DNA from: Epiperipatus broadwayi
Lineage: Eukaryota > Animalia > Onychophora
Direction: 5' to 3'
NCBI GenBank assembly: GCA_028023455.1
Contig: JAQFVV010000007.1
Location: forward strand, 6,758,001 to 6,822,000
Length of the DNA stretch: 64,000 nucleotides
The translations under genes were made by a program, and so were the position numbers. Positions 22,340 through 36,011 of the stretch are shown one piece after another (positions within the stretch are counted from its first letter, which is position 1; every line of letters begins with the position of its first letter). Below the pieces are notes generated by a model. It did no database searches. It had not been told where the DNA came from and saw only the letters and a program-made list of their open reading frames with translations.

Positions 22340-23168
22340 AGTATTTTTTAATATCTATTTAGAAGACATATTAAATAATTGTTTAGACTGTGAAAAAGCA
22401 AATGTTGGAGGTAGAATAATAAAATGTTAAGATTTGCAAATGATATGGCATGTATAATTGAGAATGAAAAAGGTCTTCAGAATATGTTAAATAATTTGGA
22501 GGAAGGGTGTATGGAATATGGAATGAAGATTAATATTGAGACAACTAAATGTTTATGGATAGGAAGAAATGGAAAAAAAAAACTGCAAATTGAAATCCAC
22601 AATAATATAGTTCAACAGGCAAAAGGATTTAGATATTTGGGTAGTTGGTTGAATGAGTGTGGAAGAAGTGAAAATGAAGTTAAAAAAAGAATAGCATTGG
22701 AAATGGAAGCATTTATTAAGAGAAATAAAATATTTTGTGGACCTTTGAAGATAGAATTAAAAAAAAGATTATTTAAATACTATGTGTGGAGTGTCCTATT
22801 GTATGATTATGAAAAGTGGACAATGAGTAATAAAATTAGAAACAGATTGGAAGACTTTGATATATGGACATGGAGAGGAATTGAAAACATCAGTTGGGTG
22901 AATAAAATAACAAATGAAGTTTTGAAAAGAATAAATGAAAAAGAAGATTGATTAAGGAAATTAGAAAGAGAAAGACAAACTGAATTGGATATAGATTAAG
23001 AAGAAAGTATAGTTTAATGAAGATGCTTTGGAGGAAATGGTAAATGGAAGCAAGAAGAAAGAATGAAAAAGATTGATATTGTTGGATGATATAAGAAATG
23101 GGAAGAGTTACATGGAATTGAAGATGCTCTGGACCTGTCCTTAAGACATTACTATTGATTGATTGATC
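22340..23168 (+). mobile_element. RTE-clade LINE, 3' part of reverse transcriptase
   Basis: ORF 22424-22951 has RFAND (FADD motif), KINIETTK, FRYLGS, EVKKRIA and YVWSVLLY. Ends in a (TTGA)n tail. Confidence 0.9.
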
Positions 23169-23509
23169 CAAATTAATATGGTTATTGTTATTTTTCCAAT
23201 AAAACTTATCTGCAAGCAGTCATATCTGCATAAAAAATAAGTTTTGGAGACTAAAAATGATATATTAATGTCTAGATTAATAAATGATTATTAATAAATA
23301 TTACAATATTGTATGAGAAAAATGGTGACATAAGTCTGAGTGCAGCATGTGGACATCTTTAAAATAAAGTGTAATAGTTTAATATATGAAGTCGTATTAG
23401 AGTTATGAACTTAGGTTAAATGAAGGAGCTGGTTTGGCATTGAGTCCACTTTGTGTAATCATTTACTTTTTCAAATATCTTTATTTAAATTACTAAAGAA
23501 TATAATGGA

Positions 23510-23595
23510 GTATTTTTATATTGGACTATTTCCATTATCTAATATATGTATTGATATAAAAATACAACTAGAACACCATCATTACAAACCTTCAG
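23510..23595 (+). mobile_element. Minimal Penelope-like insertion (inverted arm + 3' end + tail) of the 39.8-41.6 kb family
   Basis: 23510-23553 matches 39843-39888 (inverted pLTR) and 23555-23595 matches 41510-41550. Flanked by AATATAAT(G/A)GAGTATTT repeats. Confidence 0.75.
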
Positions 23596-26500
23596 AAATA
23601 TAATAGAGTATTTAAAAAATTAAATTGAACTTTATATTTAAGAAATTGCACATGGAAAAATGAAGGAGTTAAATTAATTATTCCATTTGGTTGTGTTCAA
23701 CACTGTTAGATATATTAATAAATTTTATTAATCATTCATTAAACTAGAGAATCCAATACTGAATAATATTTTTGGAGCGTAATTTTCACTACACCACTCT
23801 CACGCAAGGTAGGGACTGGTTTCTACCTATATTAATTTTTAATTAAAAGTAAAGTATATATATATATTTGTTAGAAACAATATAATAACTTAATAAATGA
23901 TTAATAAAAATCATTACGGTATTTTATCTGGGGGAGATAGTTTCATGGTTGTGCTTGCTGGAAATTTGACATCTCCAGATTAAATTGTAATTTTTTTAAT
24001 TTTTAATTCAGTAATAATTTTTCTAAGAAAGTGAGGGGAAAAATTTGCATTCATGATTACATATCAAAAGTTTTAATGTTTATGACGGCATTAACTTAAT
24101 TATTAAAAGATAATTAATTATTTTACTTTATTTAAGTAACAGCTGTTAAAACAATACTACATGAAAACTGATCTAAATAAGACTGCTTTTGAGAAACAAA
24201 AATAGTGTCACGACAAGATGTTATATAAAATATTTAATTTCCAAACATCATTTAAAATTGAAAAGACTCAAGATCAGATTCATCATCATCATCAATTTCC
24301 ATCCATTATAATTCCACTGCAAAACGCCTTATGGAGTTCAGATTCAATTATAGATAAGAACTATCCTTGTTAAAATCAAACTGTGACTGTAGGTACTCAA
24401 ACATCCTATGATCTCATGACAGATTAACTATTTTATATAAAACAAAAGTTTCTCCTTAGTTTATTTTATTACTTTTGATTGATAGCATTTTTTTTCACAT
24501 AAACTTCAGAAAAAATGATTTTACTTAAATTCACCTATTTCACACGTTATAATCCCAGTCTCGGTCTATTGAGATTCAATTTATCCATTCATAGATTTAA
24601 TCAATATAGCTGAATTAGGCATTATTACCACAGCTCTCTTATTGATATCAGTGGCACCTGTTGATTCTTTCACGAATTGGGCCCATGTTATTAATTCTAA
24701 TGTACATTGCTTTAAACTTCAAATGATCTTTCTATTTTTTTAAAATTAAATGCACACGATTCAAGTCCATACATAAACAATGATAGATTATATGTATTTA
24801 AATTTTTCTTTTCAGATGTCGACATATTTTCTTCTAATCCTACATTATTTTTATAACAAGTATTTTATCCAAGTTTAATACTAAGATTATTTTTATTATG
24901 CTTCCATCTGTATAATAATTAAATGAATAATTTAAAACTTAGAAATTAGCAATTCATTACTGCTATTTTATATTTTTGAAAAACCATTAACCATAACTTT
25001 AGTAGTCTTATTATTTATTGTTATTTTTGTGTTATCATCATCATCATAACTATTGCTGCTGCTTTCATATGAAAACTTCTGTAATATTTAATACAAATTT
25101 TTCTGGTAGAGCAAAAATCTTAACATTGCATTTTTCTGTATTGTATATTAATGATGAAATTCACTGCATTAGTATTTTCAATAATTGTAAAACATGTCCA
25201 TTGTTCATTGTTTCTGTAGCTTGCCTCTTTATAATATCCTACACTGTCCAGTCATCTGACTGGACTTAGTGTGCTGAAGATTCTTATTTATAATTTTTCA
25301 AGAATTGTAATCATAACTATGAATAAGTTGCTTTAGAACAGAATTTAAGCCAGGAATCAATTTAGTGAAGATTCTAAGATTAGGCAGTCCTATTTAGGAA
25401 TTCCCATGCCTAAGATAGAAATGGTTGAAATATGGTCTGCCTCACTTAATTTGGCCAGATTCCCATATGTGACGGATCAGTCATTAGAGAAGTAGTAGTA
25501 GAAATATATGTATTTTATTTGTTTTCTAAATATTACTACACATCTCATGCTGTTGACATTGCTAAACATAACGCTTCAAGATGTAAATAAAAGATAATAC
25601 ATGTAGATAAAAAGCTATTCAGAATTAGGAATGATATAAATGAACTTGATTTTTATAGGAAGGAAGTTTAATGGAATAGGTAGATAGTCACCATTTTTTT
25701 TGGGAAGAGCATAATATGCAGTTAAAAAATATTGCATGTGGATTTCCTATGAGATCTAATTTGATATTTTAAATTTTTGAAAATTCTTAGATATGTCAAT
25801 GAAATATTAATATGGTTACCATAATAATACCTTTGTCCATTTAGCATTAGAATCAGAAAGTACAAAGAAAGCTTTGCTATTACATGGGTTCAAATGGTCA
25901 GTTGCTACTGAATTTTTTGACCAACATAGTTTGACTGTCTGGAACACCTTATTTAATTTAAAAAATAACTATAAAAAGTGTGAATACATCTATGCTCAAA
26001 ATAACAGCATGCAATAGACTACAATAAAATTAATGATCATAATAGAAAATAAGTTCTTGATACAAAATACTTACCAAAACAGATTATTGAAGAGACCATA
26101 AACTAGCAGGCTAAAAGAATAATAACAACACAAAACCAAATTCTCTTCAACTCGTACAAAATTTGATATTCATCTTATGCATTTTACTAACCAGTCTATA
26201 TTTCACCAGCTAATAAATATTAAAATTTCCAATAGGATTTTTCAAAATTGTCATGTTATGGATTCTCTTAAGAAGTCTGTTACAATTACAGTTAAATCTG
26301 AAAAAGGCAGAGGACGTATTTTTGGTCAATATAACTGTAAAGAAACTGCCATAATGGCTTTAAATAAAATATCCATTCTATTTATTCTTTTAAGATATCC
26401 AGCTTATTGAAAATAAAGTAGCTCATTTTAATCATGTCCTGATGATATATATGTTAACTATATAACTTTTTTTTTTTCCAAATATATGACTCATTATAGT

Positions 26501-26629
26501 TGTGCTACCCAATTTTAAGAATGTTTTTACTGCAGCAATTAAAGAATGCAGAGGATTGTATTAATTATCATGGATATCATTAACATGCATTATTATAAAA
26601 TAATTTCATGGATTTTTTTGAAGAGATTG

Positions 26630-26790
26630 CTTTTAGTTATGCATAAATGGTTAATACAGACTCAATATGGTTTCAGAAAATTAAGAAGCAATGTAGACAT
26701 AGTTTTAAACAAGAAAATGTGAAAAAAATATTTAAGAGTAATGGTGTGAATTATATAGTACATTTATTGATTTGATTAAGGATTTGGTTC
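26630..26790 (+). mobile_element. Decayed LINE RT fragment
   Basis: Translates to TQYGFRKLRSNVDIV ... TFIDLIK (Q.GFR / FID..KA motifs). Confidence 0.5.
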
Positions 26791-28327
26791 AATTAATTGG
26801 TCTGTGGTAATGCAAGGTTTGAAATGGGTTGGTTTTTTGTTTACCCAAATTTATTTGAGTTACAACTTTTTAATGATGAAATAGGAGGAAACATTTTTTC
26901 TGGCAAAAAATTTGAATTATCTGAAATAATGTTAAACAAAGATGAGTAATTCAATAGTGCACATTCTTTGGTGCAATGGTTGAGTAGCTAATTTTGGAGT
27001 TCAAGGTCCAAGGATTGCAGCACAGCTCTGTAAATTCAAGTACTCAAATGTCTTATGAATTCTCAAGCAATAAGTCATTGACTTAATTATTATTTTTCTA
27101 ATTATTAGCTCTAATTTTGTTTTCTATTTTTATGATTATAGGCTTTAGAGCTATTAAATAAATAAATAATCAGATAGATTGACTACTTGAGAGTTCATAA
27201 AAAGTTTGAGTGCTGAAAGTGTCAGCAGTGAAATCAATCTAAGGACATAATACTCCAGGATCTGACATTCTATCACTAAATTAAACTAGGCAGGGATTTG
27301 GAATTATCTATAGGTAGGTTGATGAATCATGGATCAAGATATAACATAGCTTCAATGATGGAATTTTCAAATTGAAACAATTAAAAGTCAGAAATGATCT
27401 TGGTTCAAAAATTTATAGACTATTGATGACTGTGCTGTTTTTTTTTTAAATTCAAAAAACTGAACTATAGAATAGTCTTAATGTTTTGAACCAAAATATA
27501 TAAAAATTTAAATTAATTACTGATATTTAAAAAACTGAAGTTCTTTATCGGATAGTGTTGAAAACAGTTTTTTTGGCAATGTTTAGTCTGAATGATTTGT
27601 ATTAAGAATATGAGTAAAATAGCTTTTTCTAAGTAGAAATGTAAACTTAGATGTTAATTTGTACTAATGCAATTGCCAAATTAAAAAATTAATTACAAAT
27701 TCCAATAATTGCATACAGAGAGATCTGAATCCCTTGTTGATATATCATAAAAACACTTGGAAATTTTTTATTTAAAGATGCTCTTTAAGATTCTATAAAT
27801 GTGATCGTAAGATTATAAACACCAATGAGTACAGTTTACAGTTTGCTGGGTGTGATGCCATGAAGTCTAATACATACTATGCAGCATCACATCTTTATTG
27901 AATGGAAAGTTTAAGTTAACAGAGGTAAAGTCCACAAATGAGTTTTTTATTGCAAACTTGAGCATGAAATTCATTTCAGAAGCTGACCTCATATATCTGT
28001 CCCAATCCCATCAGAAAAAAGTATTGAGTAGAGAAAACAATGATTAGAAAAAAAGTTAGAAGTATCAAAAATAGAGCTTATGATCTAAAAGGGAGTTGAG
28101 ACAGCATAACAAAATATTAGGTGATCAAACTAAAAGAACATGCTTATAGTTCACAGGTATACAGGAACACATTACATCTTTTTCTGGTGTTAGAATGGAC
28201 ATACTTGTTGATGAATGATAATACTAATGATATATCTACTGGCCATTTTATATTTATCATATTGCTTTGTTTTGAATATCAAATCTAATTATTGCCTTGC
28301 TCTTTAGATTATTTTTCATTATCATGT

Positions 28328-29118
28328 ATAAATATAAATGTGTGCTTTGCACACAGATAATGAAGCTATTAATAGTGCTTGAAAATAATTAATATTATCC
28401 AAATGTTACTGCCAAGTTCTTTTGGGATAGTTCATAGTTCCATATTCATGGATACTGGAATTTATTTAAGAAGTATACTGATGTTAATGCAAATTCATGT
28501 GAAGATGCTGCATAGATCATTTTTGTGATAGAGAAAAGCAGGCCTCTCTTCTATTGATTGCTGCAGGATTCCCCACTATATAATAAGCCTCCCTGACTTT
28601 GTGTTTAATGTCATTTCTTTCAGAGAAGATAACACTGGCTGTGGTGAGTAGTTAGGCATGGCCAGTGACTCTTTCATGCTCAATAAAAAATTGAATTGCC
28701 ATCAAGCTTAGTTTTGGTTCTGTTATAGAGGTATCTATGTTGATCTACTCTGGTTGCAATGTTGGTTTTAGTTTCTCCATAACATATCACCATGCAGTTT
28801 CTTTGGGAAAATGTAATTTTGTATACAACTTGAGAGGTGAACTTGGGTTTAATCCTGTCTTTGGTGTTATTGATGTCTATTGGTGTTAGAAGGTGAACAG
28901 AAAGTGACTTCAAAGTCACATGATAGTTTGTTAATAAGGCTTTTGGCTGTTGAATGGATGTATGGAATCATTATAGTTCTTAAATAAATTTCAGTAGCCA
29001 TGAATATTGGACTATGAACTATTCCGAAAGCACTTGGCAGTAACATTTGGATATTATTTATTTTCAAGAACTATTAATAGCTTCATTATCTGTTCACAAA
29101 GCACATATTTATATTTAT
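28328..29118 (-). mobile_element. 5'-truncated Penelope-like element with inverted pseudo-LTR
   Basis: Minus strand encodes IMIPYI.., KDRIKPKFTSQVVYKI..YGETKTNIATRVDQH and ILSERNDIKHKVREAYYI..AIN (GIY-YIG). 28328-28451 and 28998-29118 are inverted copies. Confidence 0.8.
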
Positions 29119-29277
29119 TGATTTCAAATGCTAATGAAGTAAAGCCACAATTATTATTATGTATATTATATTTTACTAATATAATTTTTTAGAATGAATC
29201 TATTAAGACAAATCTTTATTCACCAGATAAACATTAAAAGATCATGATGTACAACAATGACATAGAGTACTTAAAAG

Positions 29278-29382
29278 CAGTAATTCATTCTATTTATCAT
29301 ACTCCAGTACTACCTACTATAAAATTAGATGAGCAATGAATGTCAGATAGCTATACAGTAGAGTAAATAGAATGAATTACTG
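29278..29382. repeat. Small inverted repeat
   Basis: Perfect 19-bp arms: CAGTAATTCATTCTATTTA (29278-29296) and TAAATAGAATGAATTACTG (29364-29382). Confidence 0.8.
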
Positions 29383-31204
29383 ATTCCAATTCACAGGTTG
29401 TCAGTAAGCAAGCAAATAAATGCAATGCCTTTGTCTGATATCTGTAACATGTGGAGTTGTCTAGAAGAGTTTAACTCAGTTGATTAGCTTAAAATCTCCA
29501 TGAGAAATTAAAATAATTTCCTTTACTATAAGTAAATCCTTTTTAATAATAAATATTAACTATGCTGAACATTAAATGCATACGAAATTGAAACCAAGAT
29601 GACTAAGCTCTATCTAGTAGTGAAACGGTTAAACAAATATATCACACTCCAATAGCAAACTGATGAATAGAATGGATTATCGGTTTCTTATGCTTTTCTA
29701 TATAAATGAAGTTAAGTTATTAAACATGTTGAAATTTTAGTGGAATTAATATTAATTTAAATATAAATATGGCAATGTTAATTATGATATCATATCTAAT
29801 TAGTCAGAGACTGACAAGTGAGTCTTATTTTTAAAAACCTGTAGTGATAATCAAAAATAAAGATTAACTTCATACAGTATTAAGAACTTAAAGTTTTATT
29901 TATTTTGAAAAGCAGACTGCTGTAATTTTCTAAAGGTAATGAGGTTAATTTGTTAATTATTTCAGTTATCTGGAGCTCAGATCATTTCTACTCTATTTTC
30001 ATAGAATTCCTTTTCTCAATCTCAGCTCATTACATATCAATAGGATATCACATTTTGAAGTGAAGATTTTAAACCAGTCAAAATAAGATGGGATAATTTT
30101 AATCCTTTCAAAATTTGATTCTTGATGATGTAAGGGATTTATTAACATTTATAAGATTAAGTAGATTAATGCCAGAGCAAATAATAGTAAGATCTTGTAG
30201 TGTTAGCTCCTGTTTCAAAGAATCTCAAATTTCCTTGGATAGAAAATATAAAAACACATTACTTGAACTTGATTAGGAGTTTCATGACTATAATTTGGAT
30301 TATTATTTCATATTAACCCTAATAAAAATGGTACCATGTTACAACTTACATCCTTATATTTAATTATGTTAAGTCTCAATGAATGCAACATGAGTGCATG
30401 TTTGCTGAGATTTAGGTTTGAAATTGGCATCAGTATGCTTGAAATTTCTCTTTCAGATAGTCTAATCATGAGCCATCTATCCAACATTTGATTGGTAAAT
30501 ACATATCTAGAGAAGATGGCTTAAGGTTGAGGTAACCAAAAGAAAAAATCCAAAATGTGATGAAAAAATTTCAAGACTAATCTACCAATGTTTAAACACA
30601 AGTCACAGCAAATGAAAATATTACTATTAACACTGTCTAAGACTTAATGTAATTTCGTTTAAGAAATAATAAAATATCATCTATTAATAAAGAGAATATG
30701 AAATAATAGCATAAATTAAAGTCAATTAAACTCCTAATCTAATTCACATTTGTAATATTCTTTGCTCAAAAGTAAATCAAGATTCTTGGCAATGATAATC
30801 ATAAATACAACTAATTTTCAATACCAGACAATTGATGAGCTTGGTTACGTACTAACAATGTTTTCCCTATTGAATAGATGTTTACTCTATAAGCCATCTA
30901 TTTAAATTAGACTTATTTAAAAACTGTTTGATCTACATGGTCTGAATATTTAGTACAGAGACAGAGTGGTAGACTATGGAGTTTAAAGTGCATGAATCAT
31001 GATTCTAGCTCTACCACTTCCAACAATCAAACTTGTTAAAAATCCTGAGAAATAAACCGGTGTCTTTCCTGGCGTTGAATTTCTTAGCGAACTTTCATTA
31101 AATTATGCAATTACTTGCTTCTCTACTATTTAATTGTGTTATATATATATAAGATAAAGTAAAATATATATATATTTTTGTGATTGCTAAATTTGTCTTT
31201 TGGC

Positions 31205-32300
31205 AGATGTTTAAAACGCGCTTATATGTTGGGGAAGGACAACCAAAATAATATCAATAGCAACGTTACAATTACCAATTAATAAAGGAGGACTTCAACA
31301 TAATAGATCTAAAAAAAATATGTCATTTATTAAAACAGAAATTCTAATAAATGTAATAATGAGTAAGACTTTCAACTCACCAGAATGTGACATAAAATTG
31401 TATAAAAAGATGGGGAAGAACAACAAGATCATTTGTGGTCGATTTACTTATAGCATATAAAGACTTACAAGATGAGCTTGTTCTTAAAAAAGGTACATTT
31501 ATCAGGAAAAAGCCATGGCTAAACATATCTGTAATTAAAGTTCTAAGAAACTTTCAATCAATCTATACACCCCAAAAATACATGAAAACCATCTATAAAT
31601 TGATAAATGGGATATACACCACGACAACGTTTTTAAATAAAAAAAACTACATATGAATCTAGAACCAGAGTGTTCAACCTGCAAAGACATTGAAGAAACA
31701 ATCTTACACCTAGTCGAAGAGTGAAGAGCATTTAAACAAATAAGGATAAAAGTATTCAAAACTCCAACCATTAATCTAAAAGATATGATTAATAAACACA
31801 TCAAAAGATTTGATCCACACATTGCTATGGTACTTATCCACACAATTAGGAAAATATGGGAAATAAGATGTTTACTAATATTTGAAAATAAAAAATATAA
31901 TTGAATAAAAAAAACTTGATAAAGTTACTTTGAACAATGCTTAAAATATTTACCAAGAAAACAAATGATTAAAATCTGGGGAGGAGGCATCTATAGTATG
32001 CGAAATATGGAAATAGATAATTTTATAAAAATAAGATATGCATTAAACAAAGGCATAACAGCAACCAACCAAAGATAAAATTAAGACAGACCAATAAGAA
32101 ATAAAGTGCGACACCTACTTACTAACACCCAATAATTAAGATAATATAAGGACATAAATATAAGGACATATATTTTATTAATATAACGTATTCATAGTAA
32201 GTAATCAAAAACAAAAAGAGATTTTAAAAAAAGAACTAAAACTTTGTAAATATGTATATGTACATATTGTTAATAAAGATAGATACTTAAAATAAAAAAA
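31205..32300 (+). mobile_element. Decayed L1/Tx1-like LINE 3' end
   Basis: Frameshifted LQLPINKGGL, IYKLINGIYTT and ECSTCKDIEETILHL (zf-RVT-like), followed by AATAAA and an A-rich end. Confidence 0.65.
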
Positions 32301-33088
32301 ATACGATGAAATTATTATCTTTTTGGATAACAGAAAGATGGAGAAGAGAAATGAATGATTTTTAAAGCAATTTTCACTTTATTTTGAAAAGTAGGAGTTG
32401 CGTCTGCTAAAAAGCTCAAATATCAGAAACATTCGGCTACAAATAACTATTTCATAATAATAATTAAAAAGTAAAATTATTTTTAGAAATTAATATTAAA
32501 AAAAGAATTTTCATGCAATTATTAAACCGATCAGATGGAAATCTGAGCGACGAAAATAATCCTTAAAGTGAGATCAGTAAACTAATGTAATCAACTGACT
32601 GATTGAAGATAATTTCCAAAAACACAAAGACAGATGCTTCAAATCAATCATCTAACTAATAATATTAAGATTAGTCTCTTTGCATATTTTGAAAACATAA
32701 AAATAAATAGGAAAAGAAGATTCCTTATAAGCGAATTATTCAGAACAGCGCTCAGAAAATGATTAATCACGGGAAAAAGAAAATATTATGTCTTTATCAT
32801 AGATTCATAGTTGAATAAAAAGTTTAATGATCAGTTGTTAGTTAGCCATTAATAAAAGGATGTCTTTTGAGAATTCCGTATATTTTTAATTTTAAAGATG
32901 TTGAATATATATTACAACATATTCTTTGTTTTTAACGAGCCCATAGATAAACTACATCTATTAAATATATAGAGAACTGATAATATATAATTTTATTCTC
33001 AGAACAATTAAGTTCAAATATGCTGATGCAATAACAATTTACAAGTCAAACTCAGAAAGACATCATCATCATCAATTTACTGCAGGAT

Positions 33089-33645
33089 CACATGATCACC
33101 ATTTCCTATGCTTACACAAGCTGTTATTAGCAGTAGCAAATTTTCCTGTATCCATTGATTACTAAGGCTTTCACAAGGTGACAATAAATATGGAGAATTT
33201 GATACTGCTAATAATTGATTGTGTAAGCCTAGGAAGTGGTGATTATGTATATTTTAGTGATTTTATACCATTCCTTTGAATGGGATGATGATGACTGTGG
33301 TTATTTATAAACCAAGGACACCAAAATAATGACCATACAGATGAATAATCTAGAGTTGAAAACATCACTGAATTTTCATCTTGAGCTCCTAACTTTATAG
33401 TTAATTAAATAGGAAAAATGTGGTTGCTAAAGGGTTGCAGTAGAACCTTAGATTTAGATGCAAATGCCCTCAGATCCAAAGCTTCACAATGATGAAACCC
33501 ACAAGCTAGAAACTAGTTTGGGAATATTGGATGAGTAGGCATTAGGTGGAGATTTTATGCATAATCCTTCTTGAATTTATTGATTACTAAGGCTTGCACT
33601 AGGTTGCACTACAGTATGGAGAGTTTGCTACTGCTAACAATCACT
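33089..33645 (+). mobile_element. Dispersed family C copy: inverted 5' arm + ~1.2 monomers
   Basis: 33089-33146 is inverted to 33192-33248. TTGATTACTAAGGC recurs at 33155 and 33580 (period 425). HHR reads ATGATGA (33489) AACCCACAAGCTA GAAA CTAGTT TGGGAATATTGGAT. Confidence 0.8.
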
Positions 33646-33659
33646 GCAATATGTCTTGC

Positions 33660-33900
33660 CAAGTTAATTCAGTTTCTTCATTCTTTATCCTCTTTTCTCT
33701 ATATCATTATACATCACATCGACAAGCATCATCATTATTTTATCCTTCCATATCACATGTGCTCTTTTCTAGGTCTTTTATCATCTCTAGGGATCCAGTT
33801 TAAGATTTCAACTGTTCATCTATTATCATTTCTTCTAGAAATATGTTTAGCCCATCTGCCTCAAAATCTCTTAACTCATTCAATGATGACAGTGACATGT
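33660..33900 (-). mobile_element. Decayed RTE-like 3' end
   Basis: Minus-strand remnant resembling the RW.GH...W.P...R..GR...W.D C-terminus. Weak. Confidence 0.4.
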
Positions 33901-34810
33901 GTTTTCCAGTAAGCTTGGTGAGTTTATTGGCTTTTTAATTCTGAATAACAAACATTATGGTCTTCTTGAGGGCAATATGAATGTATGTTTGAATAAACTT
34001 GTAAATAGCACTTATTTTTCCATGTTGATGTCAATTTATCTGCTAGATAAACAAGAGATACTTTTATCTAACTACCACATTCATTTATAAGGTGGATAAA
34101 TTAATCATCATGTATTTGGGAGTAATGAAACTTTAAGTTAGGGATGGTTTTGCAGATTATTAATCAAGTCAGCATAGTTTGAAATAACAATCCAAATATA
34201 AAATCTAATGATTTTAATAAGCCCATAAATAAATTGCAGTTAATGTATGCTGCATTATCCTATTCATGGAACAACAATTTATACATCAAACAATTATTTT
34301 AACAAACTTGTACATATTTTCATAGTATTTAATTCTTATTGTAACTAAGAATATTTAAACCAAGCACTTATTTAATTTGATCATACTGGCCATAGGTAGT
34401 CATTTGTGTCAGTTCTTTAAACAACTCATTTTAAATATATGTGCTCTACTTTGTTATTATTTTTTAGCATTTAGTTTTTTAATTTTTTTATCACAGTTAT
34501 TAATTAATTTGATTTTTAGCTGTCTTTTAATTTATTTTCAAATGCCCTTTCTTTTACAGATTGATCACATATTTTAACAGAAATAAATTATATAAAAATA
34601 TATTACATATATTTAACTTTGGTATATGTCGAGCATATATATATTCAACAATATATATACTTAAGCTTGGTTCCTTTATTTAAAAAAATAACAGTTATAC
34701 CTGCTACCTACTAAATTTCGACTCAGTGATATTTAAAGCGATTTTTTCACTCAAGTCATACTTGGATCAAATTTATGATGTATAGTAGTTTTCAGAATTT
34801 TACGGATGAA

Positions 34811-34948
34811 AATATGTATAAATAAAAACAAATTTTATTACATATATATATAATATCAAATAATATAAATATAATAAATATGTATAAATAAAAACAAATT
34901 TTATTACATATATATATATGTAATATCAAATAATATAAATATAATAAA
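34811..34948. repeat. Recent tandem duplication (~66-70 bp)
   Basis: AATATGTATAAATAAAAACAAATTTTATTACATATA...TAATATCAAATAATATAAATATAATAA occurs twice, nearly identical. Confidence 0.9.
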
Positions 34949-35152
34949 AATATTCACTAAAATAAAAACTACAAAATTTTAAAAAATGCCTATATAAAAT
35001 TAAAGATTAAAATTCTTTGCTATAGTAGCAATAAACGTATTGCTACTTAAGATGGCGGAATACGGCCGAAGCTAGCTATAGCAAAGAATTTTAATTTTTA
35101 ATTTTATATAGGCATTTTTTAAAATTTTGTAGTTTTTATTCTAGTGAATATT
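34949..35152 (+). mobile_element. Young hairpin element (family F) with HHR-like centre
   Basis: Near-perfect ~80-bp arms at 34949-35029 and 35071-35152. Centre reads TTGCTA CTTAAGA T GGC-GGAATACG-GCC GAA GCTAGCTA TAGCAA. Confidence 0.8.
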
Positions 35153-35836
35153 ATATATATATATATGATCTTATAATCAACTGCAGCATGATTCTTTATG
35201 TCTTATGGCCAGCTTCAAACTTAGACTAAGCAACTTTGAGAATTGTTTCATTAAGCTTAGTCAGCTTATAGCCATTTGTATTAACTATGCAATATTAGTG
35301 TTTTATGATGGCATTTTAGTAATAATTACTTGTTCCCACGACAATAGTAAATAATTCCATAAGTTAACCTAGTGTGATAATTCATATTTGGAAACCATTC
35401 ATTACTTTTTCCTTTTGGAAAAAATAGGAAAATCGAAGATTCTCATAGATAAATATATTATATTTCTACGGATTGTTGCTTTTGATAGAAAGCCCAATTG
35501 GTTATCTCATCATGTTGAATTCAATATTCATGAATACAAAAACCCCAAGTTCATTTCCCATGATAGTACTGCTTCTGGTGAGGCCAGAGAAAAGAAAAAT
35601 ACTACTAAAAATGTTTTGTTGTACATTAACGTGTGTGCTGTTACTAACAGGTGAATGTATTTAAACAGTTTTGTAATTCAAGTTTGAATTTTTCTAAAGG
35701 TATTTAACAATTAATATTACCAGATGAAAAATCATTTAAGATATACTTATTACTTGACATATTAGTTAATAAGCAAATGTCCAGCTATTTTTAGCTACAA
35801 GATAAAACAAAAATAGAAAATTACTCACATCCTTAC

Positions 35837-35932
35837 CATTCAACAATTAATATCCTGATTAACAATTTCTTCAAGAAAGGCTGCTGGATAGATCTTTCCT
35901 CTATGGAATAAGCGATTTATAGAATGATTTAC
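35837..35932 (-). other. Candidate 96-nt spliced exon
   Basis: Minus strand has TATGCAG| ... AATG|GTAAGG. Frame 0 reads VNHSINRLFHRGKIYPAAFLEEIVNQDINC*M. No homology recognised. Confidence 0.3.
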
Positions 35933-36011
35933 CTGCATATATATATATGAAAAAAATAATGTTCCTGGTTAAAAAATGGATTACAATTTCCAAAAAATAT
36001 CCTGTAGAAAA

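Noticed and set aside
26968-27040. tRNA-like A-box (TGGTGCAATGG); similar at ~41268
   Set aside because: No B-box, cloverleaf, tail or TSD.
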